The notes below the pieces were generated by a model. It was not told where the DNA came from, did not search any database, and was given only the letters and a program-made list of their open reading frames with translations. From Lingula anatina (Eukaryota; Animalia; Brachiopoda), in the NCBI GenBank assembly GCA_051362555.1, contig CM120640.1, positions 17,112,001 to 17,176,000 on the forward strand: 64,000 nucleotides of DNA, read 5' to 3'. Position 1 is the stretch's first letter. Every line of letters starts with the position of its first letter. Position numbers and translations under genes: made by a program. Of the stretch, positions 1-13,899 are shown piece by piece.

Positions 1-3000
1 TCCACAGTTTATCCTTTTTATGGGGTTGCTTGACGTTTTCATTAAATATTCCGTTCCAAGTGTACTGGAATAATTAGCGACAGGCGGATTATCATCATCT
101 ATAAAGCAGCAATTATACAAAAGTCTTTGGCGTTAAATTGTCAGATTGCATATTTTAGATAACAGTGATTAACCTATGAAAACCTAAAAACAAAACAATT
201 ACATCACCACTGTCTGTTCTACATCGACTTCAATGCTTTTCCACGAAAATTCACCTTCTATTCATATATTGCATTAAAACTTCATATCCTTGAAAACCCT
301 TGTGCCATATGGTTGGGTTACATAAACCTGCTGTATCGCAGTAGACAATATTACAAGCAGCTGAAACACACTACACCATGATCTTCATGACAGATGGTGT
401 AGTACGTCCCACTTGAGTTTCCTTTGTAATCTAATCTAGGGATTTAAAATAATGTGAGACAGGGACTCTATTTTGGTATTTAAGAGCTCGAATAATCATG
501 CTGTAATACTTCTATTTTGGTTTTTTTATCTTTACGGTGGTGCTGGTCTGTTACTGTAAAAATGTAATTAGAACCTCTAGAGCTTGATCATACGTGTTAG
601 GTATTAACGTATTATTCTTCCAAAAGTAACCAATACGTTGGCGTTAAGATTATAGTTCTTTGTACTTGACCTTACACAACCTGTAAGATTCCCGAGAATT
701 CAACTTATGCTCCGGTTTTAGGTAGCTCAAGTAAATGAAAGGATATTGAGTTGTCTTGTCGTTAACCAATACAAAGCCAAGGAAACCGATTTCCGGTGCT
801 GGTGTGCAAAGTAGTCGCCTACCAAAAGCCCAAGGCACGATCAGACGTGACTTATCACAGTCGCAGGATAAACAGAAAACTGCATTCTGAACACGCAATT
901 TTTTTAATATCCTGGCTTTTTTCAGCAGCATGTCTATTTTAGTTATTGTGCTCCAAATGCTTGATCCATTCATTTGTCTGGAAAGATACCCGGGTTAATA
1001 AATATATGAATTTGAAAAATGAGTTTGCATGATATATTTGACTTCCCATTGTCCATTAAGTATATAAAGTACATTGCATTGACGCATGTACATAGCAGCG
1101 TCGACATGACTTTTACTTTTCCATGCAAATTAAGACTCTCCTTTTGATAACAACCGAGACAAAGTACGTTGTAAAGATGTAATATAATTAGTTTTATTCC
1201 ATTTCATTGATTACTTATTCATGCCAACAAATCTAACTCAAGATACAGAAACTAGCTTCACGAAAAGGATCATATGTAATCTTTTATCTCTCACATCAGT
1301 TACAGTAAGCCTGTGTGCTATGAATGATAAACGGTTCCATTGCCTATATCTATCCCTCAATAGAATAGATAACGACAGCCCATTATTGTTTCCTGATAAA
1401 GCTGCTGATTGAATCCCTTAGTGACTGTGGAACCGATATTCCTATATGCTGACATCAAATTTCTGCAAATGTGGATGGTATATAAAAAACAACATATTTT
1501 ATATAACCCAACTTATAGCACTGAAAAACACGGATGCAATTATCTGTGAAAAACGCAAATGCCGAGTCCGCTGTAAATTGTTCGACAAGACATACATGCG
1601 TATGTGTAAAACGCTAAATGATGCAAATAAAAAGAAAAGATCCCTTTACTTAAAGTAAAATCACATTTAAAGCCCAGGAAAAACATGTTAAAATCAAAGC
1701 AGTTGCCAGCGTACATTACAGTGGTGTACAATGACTGTCCTCTTTAAATATCTATATCTATGGTCATCAAATTATTTCCGCTAAACGCAATTCGAAGACC
1801 ATCTTGACAGATTGCCAGGATGTTAAGGAACGCAATACACACTGCAATTAACCACTTAAAGGAACACACTCTAACTGCACATGTTTCACGGTATAAGTTT
1901 AGCTATCTCAGGTTAGAAAAAATCTGATTTTAACACATACCCCTAGAGTCGCACGCGGTCAAACGGTGATACAAATGACATAAGGCTCTTCTCTTTGCAA
2001 CCCCACAAATGAAATTATGTGCGCTATTTGTTTGGATATTTATTATTTATGCTTTAACATGTTCTTTTACTATAGGACCTTTCAATAAAAGCGGTCGCTA
2101 TCGGCCAAATTTCGAACACCATATTCGTGTTTGTCCTTTACTTATACATTCGCTTGGGTTAATGAGGAGACATAAAGGCTCTTTCCCATTGAAACTATCG
2201 CTCTACGTAGATCTGGTGATTATACGAGTACGTTGGAAACAAGAAGAGGAGTGTTAGCCTGATTGCATTCAGCGAGAGTCCCATCGGAGTTGGATCCATG
2301 CACGTAGAACGATTGTTTCATTGGGAACGAGCCCATAGTAAGCAATTCCTCGACCGCTAAACCACAGATACTGGATTCTTCAAGGACGGTAGACTATCAG
2401 GTCAAGATCTAAAAGATCCTGTGGCTTTTGCGGTAATGTTGGTGAGCGTGCTCAATGAAATATAGGCAGATGTTCATCACTGTTTTTCTGTTTTTCTTTT
2501 CTTTATAGAAATGTTTGTTTCTCTATCTTACCACTGAATAACAGTCAATATGTCACCAAATATCTGCTATTATAGCAATTTAGGATTCTTAGACGTTTTG
2601 AATTATTAGCTTTAAGCAAATTTAAGGCAGAGAAAGAGAACAAAATTAACTACCTTACATCAATTGAAACGTTATTGCATATTTAGAGAATGAAAGGAAA
2701 CCATTTACTGATATCAGCCAATAAAAGACGCATTGGTACTTTTGCCAGTAGCCAGATATCGTTATCTTCCGGCCAAGATGTTTTTCCATAATCGGCCTCG
2801 TTTCCGGTATGTAATTACCCTACCGACAATATAATGGGATTTTTCCCATAGAACTACATATACAGATCTGCTAGCATAATAGTCACCGGGGAATGTGATG
2901 CTCCAGCGCCTTTAAACATTTAATTAACTAAAGACGGGTTTTAAGGTTTTCCTTCCGTCTTGCTACTGATTGCCAAAGCGGATCAGACTTAACTGAGGTT

Positions 3001-4609
3001 ATTGATTATCGCGGCACAGGAATGTCCCCTAGATAGACATTGATTCTGAACACGTACAGGAAAATAGCCACATCCTACAGAAACAATAAAGATACACGAC
3101 CTGGCCCAAATGTGTCTGATCAGCACGTTAAGTATGCAGATCACAGTCTGAAGGAAATAATCTTTCATTTCGTTAACGGGTTGGAAAAATTAGGAGCTTT
3201 TTGAATCAATAGTGTCAGTTTTCCTTTTACAGATTGTTCACACTGCTAATTTGCGAAATATGTTTTATTTGGTCAAATCGAATCGATTAGGTTTCCACAC
3301 AGAATTTCTATTACCTCATCACATGTGATCCCAACAGTGAGAGATGTGATTTGACATTATCTTGTCTTTCTCGAAATGAAATAATCCAACAGGCAGCGTA
3401 TGAGTGTATCAACAATTTACTGGCATTAAGTGAAATATAGAAAAGAAACATTTTAATCTTGTGTATCTCCACATGGCAAATATATTTGATAGCGTCTTTA
3501 ACGATGGGATTTTTTAAACAGAGCGGTCACATTATTATAATCTTATAATCGACTCCTTGCAGGTAACTAACAGATATTTGAAAATTCTAGGAAAAAGATC
3601 AAATGAGTCCCTACATTGTTAAAGGCACAGACGGCAAATTTCTAGGACAAAGTGCTCCATTTACACAGATTTTGATCGCGTTTTCTATATTTTAACTTGG
3701 TGGTTAATATGTAAACTTTAACTTTTCTATTGATCAAAGATAGCAAGGTTTAATGAATTTTCTTTTGAAAAAGCCCGTCAAATTTACTAATGCAGCTCGT
3801 CCATTATTATTTCATTTTGTTCTCTCCGATCTAATCTTTTGCCATAATATGTGCCTTTGTGCCTTTCCTCAAATTTGTATGTGTGTACTTTTTTCTTTAC
3901 TTTGTTAGCAACTTGTGGACTTAAGATGATTTAAACATATCATCTTAAAGCCAATTAATGCTACAAGAGGCCGCTTTATTTTGACACAAAACATTCGTTC
4001 TTTTGTCTTTAAAAACTACCTGTAAGCACAGCTATTTCGTCTAATAGTTAAATCATGAAAAACAGAAATGACAAGAAAAACGCACACAGTATGTAATGGC
4101 CTGCCAGTTCATATACTGTATTTGATACAATGTACAAGAAAAAATATATTGTATTTGTAACACAAAGAAAGGGGTGTATTCAGCATACCTTTACTGGAAA
4201 CTGGTATTCAACCCTACTTATTCACTCTCAGTGATATTTTTTAACTACGGCAGTCAAAATGTTAGCAGGAAAGACTATATTCTTTCTAAACTGTCAACAT
4301 TACAAACCTGTATCTGTGCGAGCTCAGCGTGGCAAGCTTCGTTAGTGGAGTATGTTTGTCGCTGCTGTCTCTCTTTTACCGAGTAGTTTTTGCCATAGTG
4401 TATCCTCTTAGAGCCGTATGTTTGTTACGTCTCCTTGTTCGAAAAGGTAAACATTGACAGACCTGGATATTTGCTTTTAGTTGAAAATGCCACAAGCTGT
4501 GCAAACTGCTCCTAATAAGGAAATGTTAATGAAATTATTCCATTAAACAAACCACGTGGTACACGTAAAACGCGCATAAGAAAAACAAGTCCCAGGAAGC
4601 TGGACTAAC

Positions 4610-4900
4610 TCAGTTCTTTAACTTGTTCTTTCGTCTCCTTTTGCGTTTTGTTTCCGTGTTAGAGCTACCCACGATCCATCCATTTCTTATGGAACATCGC
4701 GCTGAATTGGTGGGAACCGTGCTTCGTTCATGACATTGGTGTTTTTTGTTTTTGCTGCTTAGCCTGATGATTGAGAAATGCCGTGGGCAGAACCACCCGG
4801 TTGCCTCAGTGCCGCTGCCACTTTGCACAGGTCACGTTCTTGCACAGAGGAACCTCAGAGTGCGGCTTATATGGCACGGCCTTGTTAGCACGGCGCGCTA
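4610..4900 (-). promoter_or_regulatory. Possible promoter and non-coding first exon of a gene running leftward
   Basis: GC/CpG-rich patch, TATA-like CATATAAG (minus strand, ~4866-4873) and a donor-like GA|GTTAGT at 4609. No coding exon was identified to its left. Confidence 0.3.
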
Positions 4901-7900
4901 GGTGGTGAACACGAACAGTGATCGCAGGAATGCAAGATAAGCACCATCTGCCGTATTGGGAGCCGGTGCTCTCGCCTAGCTGAATCCTCAGCATTATGAT
5001 TTGTGTCTCTGTTACAACGATTGTAAAAGAATCATTGCTGGGTTGTTCTGATAAACCTACTGAGTTAAAATGTGAGCTGTGGAAATTCCGGGCCATTACC
5101 CCAAGAATGACAGGCCAAACAGTGTAAATCCGCAGAAATTTTTATCGGCAGGAAGAGCGCCCATGGGACCTGTGTTTTTCTTCCCATATTAATTTTCTGC
5201 CCTCGAGCTGTATGAGCTGCCGGGCGTGAAAACATTGAGATTTATTGGATATTATTTTTGACCGCTTCTGCCATTTGAAGTTAACAAGAAGTAATTTGAA
5301 ACATTTGTTTTGCGAAAAGACAGCCAAAAATTCGACCCCAATTTGGGTGTAGTAAATTGGGGTCACTGTTGTGAGGTTCTTCTTTTTTCAGTAAAATTGA
5401 AGTAAAGTTAATAAAGATTTGTTTCGTGTTTCGTAGTCTGCAAAAAATGTATTTCTTGTAAGTATGGAAGGTAATCAATTGGAGTGAGCAGAAAGATTTT
5501 CGCTTTCTCATAATTCACATTAGAAAACAGTCCAAAGCATCTGAAAGCCCGACACGCAACACTTGAAAACAGGAGGAAAAAGGCTGCGTGACGAAACCTG
5601 TAATACGGCGTTGCATGAAGAACCCATTGAAATGATACCTACTGAAATGAGACCTGATGAATGACTAATTATTGTCGTTCTTTTTGAATTATTTGTAGCA
5701 ATTTAAGTATTTCTAACAGTTTCATCATTTGAAACCGTTTTTGCTTGCATTGCATCATTCAGTAGCTTACTTTGAAAAAAAAAAGACAAAAATAGCTTTT
5801 TATTGGTTTCTTGTCTCATTACATGGCGTGTTGTACATTCTAACTTGTCTCTATTGTATAACATAGATTTTATTTATTTATTTATTTATTTATTTATTAT
5901 TTTTATTTATGTAAAACATTCAAATGAACTGTTAGTTGTAAAAAAAAAACATTGAATTGCGATATCACGCAAGCAGGTCTTAATGCATTGGCATCGTTCC
6001 AGAAAATAAGTAGTAAAAGCATGATGGTGAACACGTACGACAAAAGTTTATAAAAGAAAAGCCACAGTTTGGTTACAGTAGATTAAGATGCACATTTTTA
6101 TGGAGTGCCATTTTAATTTAGGGGGACATTGATTAGAAGATCGATGGCATGTGACCACCTATCACAAAAAAAAAAAAAAAAAAACCCTAATCAATAGAAT
6201 ATATGGACAAAAAGTGAAAACGGCAAGTTTGCATTTTTGGTCACTCAAACATGTGCCTGTCCATCTATGTTCTTTGTAAATTGTAGGCCTTCGACAATCT
6301 TTGACTGATATGCCTTATACATTGTAACGTAGCCTGCATTGTTTGACACTGCATTTGACATTTGATGGGAAATCCACTTTTACAGCTGCACACGCCTTTA
6401 GGCTTATTAATATTAGAACCCTGCACCTTCATATACTGACCCCTATTTGGAACAAAAGAACATGAACGTTTCAAGACTAAAAAAGTCGTCAAATTGACAT
6501 TGGCAATCAGTGGCAATGTTACAAGTTTTCATCATGCTTCGAAATAAAAGTTTCACAAGCATCTTGTTCTCATGAAAAAAGTCACCTTAGAAACACCATC
6601 GGGTAAATGCGCCATTATGGCAATATTATTGCCTTGGGCGAATCATTTGGTCCTTGGCCGATGTATTCATTGATATCAGTGCAATTAGTGTCAATACATG
6701 TCACTTGGCATATGTAAATTGGGGTGTTTGATATTTTTTGTAATAAATCTTCCTATTTTCCTTCAAATAAACTGGGTACGTTTCAAAGCGTGTTATACGA
6801 AAATGCAAGTAACGTACTGAATTGTTCACTTGGCTTCAACTAAAGGAAGAGTGAACAAAAGAAGGTCTAATAACAAATATTCAAATGGCATTTTGAGTTT
6901 AGAACTCGTGAAAAGGTGTAAGAAACAGAAGGTCACCAATGACGCTAGGAAGTATTGTCTAAAAAAATTAAAATTCCCTTCATGGCGACTGCGATATTCC
7001 GGAAATTGCATAGTGAATCTTTGGGGACAGTCCTTTTCGGCTTTTGTCAGCAACTTTGACCTTCAATACCAATGCACAATATGGTTGATGGGACCCCTAA
7101 AATTACAGTACTTACACGAAATATTGTTGCACGCGTTTCTTTATAAATCCGGTCGACGGTTAGGTAATCATAAATTGACCCACTCAATTATGTGGAGTTA
7201 TTTGTTTGTATTTGTCAAATTATATAACAGATAATTATTTGTGTGGACTGAAAGGTAAAAACCACTTGTGAACAAACTGACCGTAGGTAAGACACTTCAA
7301 GTCTATTCGATGAGCTGGTCACTCTCTACACATTTTGAAAGAGCTCAAAACGCAATGAAATCTAAGAAGAAAGAGGTAACTTTTCTTTAATCAACAGCTT
7401 AAATTGAAATTGTTGTTTACTCCCAATATCTCGGTCTATTTATCTATGTACAGCATCTTCGTCAGGGAATGTGGCGATCCAGGCGAATAGCTTCTTACTG
7501 AGAGATGGCCTATTGTAGAATATTTGAGACAAACAACAATTTTTTAATTCTTGCTGTTTGAAGAAAAATTACTGCGCATTACATGGCTGATGAAGATGTT
7601 TTCTGACTTACGGTGGAATCTAACGTTGGCGTGTCGTGGAGATGCCAGTGGAGACCAAGGTGAGTGAAAATCAATGTACTGTTCGAAAAAACAAGTCTTC
7701 ATTTCCTGGAAGGGATCCTCAGCTGAATCGAGTGGCAAGATTGTATGTTTTTCAAAAGATCTCAAATAAGACTTGAGGTGTAGTATCGTAAAAGTCACAT
7801 CAGGATGATTATGTACACAGATACCAGTACTGCTATCCATCTAACTTGTGTATCATCTGTTCCACATTCCACATTAGTTGTTTTTCCTCGGGCCTCTGGT

Positions 7901-10491
7901 GTGTTTAATATATATCTCTCTGTGACAATCAGTTATACACACAGCCAAGTGTATTTTAATACAAAAATTTTATAAAGATAAATTAATGTTTCGAAAACTA
8001 GAACAGATTAGCTGAACACCTTATAGGCAAATTAATAGATAAATTATTTCAACATACTGGAAACCGTTTTTACCTAAGAGATTGTCTACATTCCAGGAAA
8101 ACATCCATACTTGTTTTCCAGCGAAATAAAACAACCCCAAATCATTTGATTGCCTGGTCAATCAAACTCGTTCACAGCAAGTATAATCTTTTTTTTTTTT
8201 TTTTTTTTTTTTGTTACCACAAACAGCTTTTTAATACTGCATCAATCTGATTTTGTTTCTCTGTCCCGTGACATAAAAAAGAAATACATAATCATGAAAA
8301 ATACAGTAATTTGCACCCTCAAGGAGAGGAAGATTCAGGTGTATTTAACGTATGAAGCAAAACCCTTGGGTCTAGAAGAAGTTGCCATTAAAAGATAAAA
8401 AAGATACCCTCCAGCAAAATCACCTACGGAATCGATATATTTATCACTTTTCCAAGAATGTGAAACAAGAATTAAAAATATATAACGTTTCTAGGTCAAT
8501 TTACTGATGCTGAAGCTGCGGGTATACCTCTAGAGTTAAGATTTCTAGCAGCGTTTACTAAGAATTACACGAGCCATCATGAGGACATCTGTCAGCTTGG
8601 ATAAAACGCATCCGAAATCAAATTGTTGTCAGTGATGCTACTTGTAGTCAGCAACTTCATAATCCTTATATTAATATAATCGTTTTATTTATTGTTCATT
8701 TTGTTTTATTTATTTTTGATTTATATTTATTTATTTATTATTACTATTATGTTTTTTTTTTTCCAAAAATAAGCAAATGCGTTGTCTTGAGTTTCATAAT
8801 ATTCATAATACTACTCTTTTATTGTGTCCCAGTTCTCAATGCGCTGGCACTACCCCCACGTCTTACACTGTCAATTTTCACTTGCAATATCAGGGGCAGG
8901 AGGTAAGAATCAAAAGTGGAAACTTTTTTGTTGTTTCAAGCGTATAAAACGAAAGGTTCATTCATTTTTATCATCATTTTTATAAGTCTAAAAACCGTAG
9001 GGTGGGGAGAGGGGGTTATTACCCCCTCTGTGCGCTTTTATATATATATAAATTATGTCTAAAGTGCGAGCATCTGCCCCCAATGTGACAAAGTGAAAGA
9101 TATGAACAGCGCGAATAGGAAATTCTATTAATTTTGCTTTTAGAATTCGAAAAATAAATGGGGATTTCTCAGAACCTCTCTTGTAATCCGAAATTGCCCT
9201 TAATCGCCTTAGCAGTAAGCTCCTGAAAAGGGTTAGAGATATCATTCTTAAAGCTCATTTAAAAGATATCCATCGATATAAAGTGACAGATAAGTCAATA
9301 ACGCGAGCTATCTTCACACATTATATTTTTGCGTTACAAGACCAGTCGGAGCGGACTGCCATCATAACGCTCGGGTCAATGACTTCAAGGTAGATATGGA
9401 GGTTACTTTGTTCCTTTCATTGTGCGAACTTGCCAGGTTTGTGCATGCGGTGACACTGGGGCAGACCATACTTTTATATATACAAGATCCTACCTACTAG
9501 TCTGGTATACGACAGTAACAATAACTGGTCATCAATCAAATACGTTTTCGGGCATTAAATTTACTAGACAATTGTATACGGCAAAACATTTTTCTCTTGT
9601 TAGAAAAAAAGAAAGAAAGACCGACGAGGAAAAGAAGAGATCGCTTTCATTCTAGCGATCTGAATGCGCTTTCCACCGGCAAATGACAATACTCATACTG
9701 TCTTCACACAATTTAGTCTAATAGGGTTAACCTTTGGAATGCGTTTTGGTTCGATTCTCTCATTGGCGTTTTTCATTACAGAAGAATAACTCAACTTCCT
9801 ATGGTAATGTTAAAAGGTTTCATTTTTTATTCAGGACTGGAGACATGCAATCTTCTCTTGATAAATACCAGAATCATTATCTCCATATATTTCATAATGG
9901 ACATGGGAAACAAGATCACATCACACCAAATAAAATGTCAAATACTTTAAATATTCCCGAAGACGAATCTCCAATTGAGGATTAAGAAAAACAATAAGAT
10001 ATGCAGACTAATCACAAGTTAATTGGTTATTCTTAAGTTTATCATTGAATAAGCATTGTACCCTTCATTATGAAAATGGAATGACCTTATCAAAGTTCCT
10101 CCACCTATAATACTGCATATAGCTTCTATTCTAAGTACGTGGGATACTTTTGTCTGTCTCCACTCCCTTGCCTCAATAACATGATACAAATTATGGGTCG
10201 CCTTTAGCCACTCCTACTTACAATTAAAAGTATTAGTCAATTAAGATGTGCAATCATCCTCTTAAAATGGAACTGCATTTATGGATTTATAAAACTCTTT
10301 TGCAGGGGCATTACTTTGACCTGCACATTTTCTGAAATATCAAGTGATCAACAGTTCATTTTCATAATTGACTTTTAACAGCTTCATTTTTTTCATATTT
10401 TAGTGTAGATTTGAAGTCTCTGTTTCTTTCAGCCCAAGTCATATGGAAATCACTTTTATACAAGAATGGAATAAATATCAATTTCTCCTGG

Positions 10492-13400
10492 CTAGCTGCC
10501 CCAAACATAGAAGTACACCTTTTGCCAAACAGGTAAATACTGAAGCAAAGGGCCTGCGAGAAAAAAGGTCAATATTTCATATATTACATTTCATATATAT
10601 AACAGTTCAATAGCATTTCTATTCTAAATCAAACCAACCATCTGTACAGACTGAGAAAATTCACAAACAATACTTACTTCAATAACAATTTCAGAATCCA
10701 TCTATAAACAAGTCTAGCTGGCAATTTCAAGACTTTATATTTAACTAGGTGTCTTGGACCCTTCTCCAATACCTAGAGCGACCTAGCAGGATCGACCCAT
10801 CTCCAAGGGGTTTCTTGCTAAATTGCATTCAGCTTAAGGGGCTCTGATGTCTGGCATGCCTACTGATACTGTTAGAGGGTAATTAACTATCGTTTAGCAG
10901 CCTCAGTAAGTGTGCCAGACATCTAAGCCACTTAAGCTGAATGCAATTTGGCGGGAAACCCCTCGGAGATGGGTTGATCCTGCTAGATCGATCTAGGTAT
11001 GGGCAAGGGGTCTAAATTTACAAATAAGTACGCGACTTGAATCCAAATTCCACTAATCGTCAAACAAATATTTTGTTTCATACTTACGTAAAACAATTCC
11101 TGTTCCTGGCACATTGTCTGCAAGAATCTTCAACAGAATGACTATCTTGGCCCTTAAAAAATAATAAGCAAATATTCAGATTTCCTTAAATTTCTGTGAT
11201 CTGTTTTCTTTTAATAAATGTAATTGCTTTAAGATAGTAACAAATACTGGCTCTTTCAAAAATGAAGTAAATTACTGGCCTTTTTCTGGTAATTTATAAA
11301 TATTTTACAGGCAGGAAAAATTCATTATTTTGTTTCTCAAAAGAATTGTGTGGGTAGGATTGGTTATGACCCAGTTTGTTTTATAGGTATGGCATTTTTC
11401 TCAATAGGCAGCAAAAAATAACCCTAAAGAATCCTTACTGTGTCTGGCTGTCATAAAATGGTGATCTCAGTAGATAATACAGTAGCATCACTGTCCTTCT
11501 GTGCAACTCTGCTCTTTCTGCTGGGTTCAAAGACTTGGGATCCCCCATCAGCAACAAACTATAATTATAAAACAATAAAGAGACGTACAACACCATAATT
11601 CAGTTCACATACACTGGTTTCAAATCAATAACAGGAAACTTGAAGCAGGTGCCATTTGCCTAATTTGGCTATTATACAGATAGTGCTTGTAGATACATGT
11701 TATCTCCAGGGGCTTTTCAATTAATAATCCAGAAGAGTGCAGCAAGTTCCTGACTGTATAAATGGCAGCTATTCCAATAACAGTTCCCATGTACTTCTGT
11801 AGAAATGTTGGTTATAAAATTCACCAATATTAAGAAAAGCACCGCGCTGTGTATTCTGACCAAGAAACTGAATTCACTTAAAGCTGCAGAAAGTTGTTGG
11901 ACATAAAAAACAAACACACCATGCCAAACATATTCTACATATACTAAGTACTGTATAAATACATAAAAATTTTATCTTAAATCTTTTCCAGAAGAATGAA
12001 AAACCAGTGATTGTTTCTTTTCTTTATCATTATGTTAGAAAAAAAATAAGGCAGCAGAAACGAGTGGTAGAATTGGCAAAATTTAAATTTCAAAGTAAGA
12101 TCAACAATGGCCAACACATTTTAGCTGCACAGTGAGAAAAAGTAGGTTGTATGTGATTTACCTGGACACATCCATGGCTCCTGCCACCAGCCAGGGTTTC
12201 CAGGAGCTCTGTCCAAATAAGTACATGGATAACACTGAGGTAGAGATGAGGAAGCAGTTAACATGTATCTGACAATACTGTGGCTAGACCCAGATTTATT
12301 GCATTTTTGGATATCATTTGCACAAACAGGACTTTGTGTCAATATTGCTTTTATTATGCTTTGTATCTATTTATAATGCCTAAGAAAATCATCAGTTAAC
12401 TCTTCCCATGATTTAATGCACATGCCAAATCAATAAACATTTTTTAAACACTTGCACCTGATTTAGAATAAAATCAAATAAATCTTATTTACAACATCTC
12501 TCCTTCTAGATAATGAAGCTTGCAGTTTGGAACTACAACTCTCACGATGCTGGATTCAAGAAGAACTCATCATGTGCTCCATCATTCAATCAAACTGATA
12601 TATATTATCAAGTCTCACATGGATATAACCAAACCCACTGTCACAGTGAAGAAAGCTGTGATCCACTTCAACATTACACCTAACACAATACTTATCCAAT
12701 GCAGTCTCAATCCTCACCAAGTACTGAGGAGTTTACAGATTACAATTTTCTCAAAGGTTTTGAACAAGGTATACCCTGATGATTAAGGAACAATATATTT
12801 CCAGGATGATTTTTAATGTTATGTAAGGTCTAATGGGCAGTGTATGCCATTAAAGATGCATTTGAAGTCATTTTTTGCCACAAAACTCCTACCAAATGCT
12901 ACCATATAGTTTCAAATGGTATAACTTAGAGAAATACCAAAGGACATTGTTTCACATTTCCGGAAAAATTAAGATATTTTCTGCTTTTTTCTGTGCTCCG
13001 TTAAACCCTCAATCATTCTTGCAACTCTGTATTAAATTGCCTGCAAAGCTACATTGTGATGATCATGCAATGTGCATGCAGTACTACATCATTTAGCAGA
13101 CTTTTACTAACTTAACAGGTCTTTTTTCAACCAGAAAATTGAAGAAGGTGTGCTTAAAATTTAAAGCTATTTTTGGGCTGAACAAGGAATTAATTTGGCT
13201 AATGACTTGGCATGTCAACTTCACAGTTGTATGAGAAATTAGTAGAAGTGGTTTATATGTGTTACTAGGAATCCACGCTCCTTTTATATAATGATGCTTA
13301 AATGTAACCTAGCAAATAGCATGTATTAATTCAAGGATACAATGTGCCAAAGGCCTTGTTATATGCAAACATTCCCCTGTAAATCTCTGCTTATTTAGTA

Positions 13401-13852
13401 CAGTTGGCATCAAATCTTCCATCCCTGTTGTGTTTTTGGCTTTTTTTGCCGCTGGTAATGTCCATGTTCTCAATTCCATAGGAGGGGCTGAAATAGAAAG
13501 AGGGGTATATCTGAGATGAAATCTATACACTAATGTTTACAAGAGAAGTGTTCTTTCAGTTACCATATAAAAAAGTATTTTATTTGCATTTTATTTTTTG
13601 TCCATCAACAGCTATATATTTCAGTATTTGAACAGTACTGATAAGATGTCCACACTATACCTGCTTCCAGTGTGCGTATGACGCGTCCCGACCTTTCTAG
13701 GGTGACTGTCACAGGCTCTTTTGATTTCTGGTCAGAGTTGGGATGATGTGAAGGATCTGTCCTATCTCTCTGCAATTAAATATATAAGGTTGAAAATGCT
13801 TCCGGAGGCCCAAGACACTGGCTAATTTCCTAGTTGAGTACAGAGATGCAAA

Positions 13853-13899
<47 letters not shown>

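Noticed and set aside
2354-2435. Stem ACCGC..CCACAG / CTGTGG..GCGGT as a possible pre-miRNA
   Set aside because: The inner region pairs poorly and matches no miRNA I recognise.
1856-3870. TTAAAGG starts at ~1856 and ~3619 suggesting Kolobok/Crypton ends
   Set aside because: No matching partner terminus could be paired convincingly.
4689-4901. Plus-strand frame with an internal TGA and a hydrophobic stretch (selenoprotein or readthrough?)
   Set aside because: No selenoprotein-family motif or SECIS is visible; probably chance.
650-9985. Numerous 60-134 aa ORFs in the left 10 kb
   Set aside because: No recognisable domains or consistent splice chains; expected by chance in AT-rich DNA.
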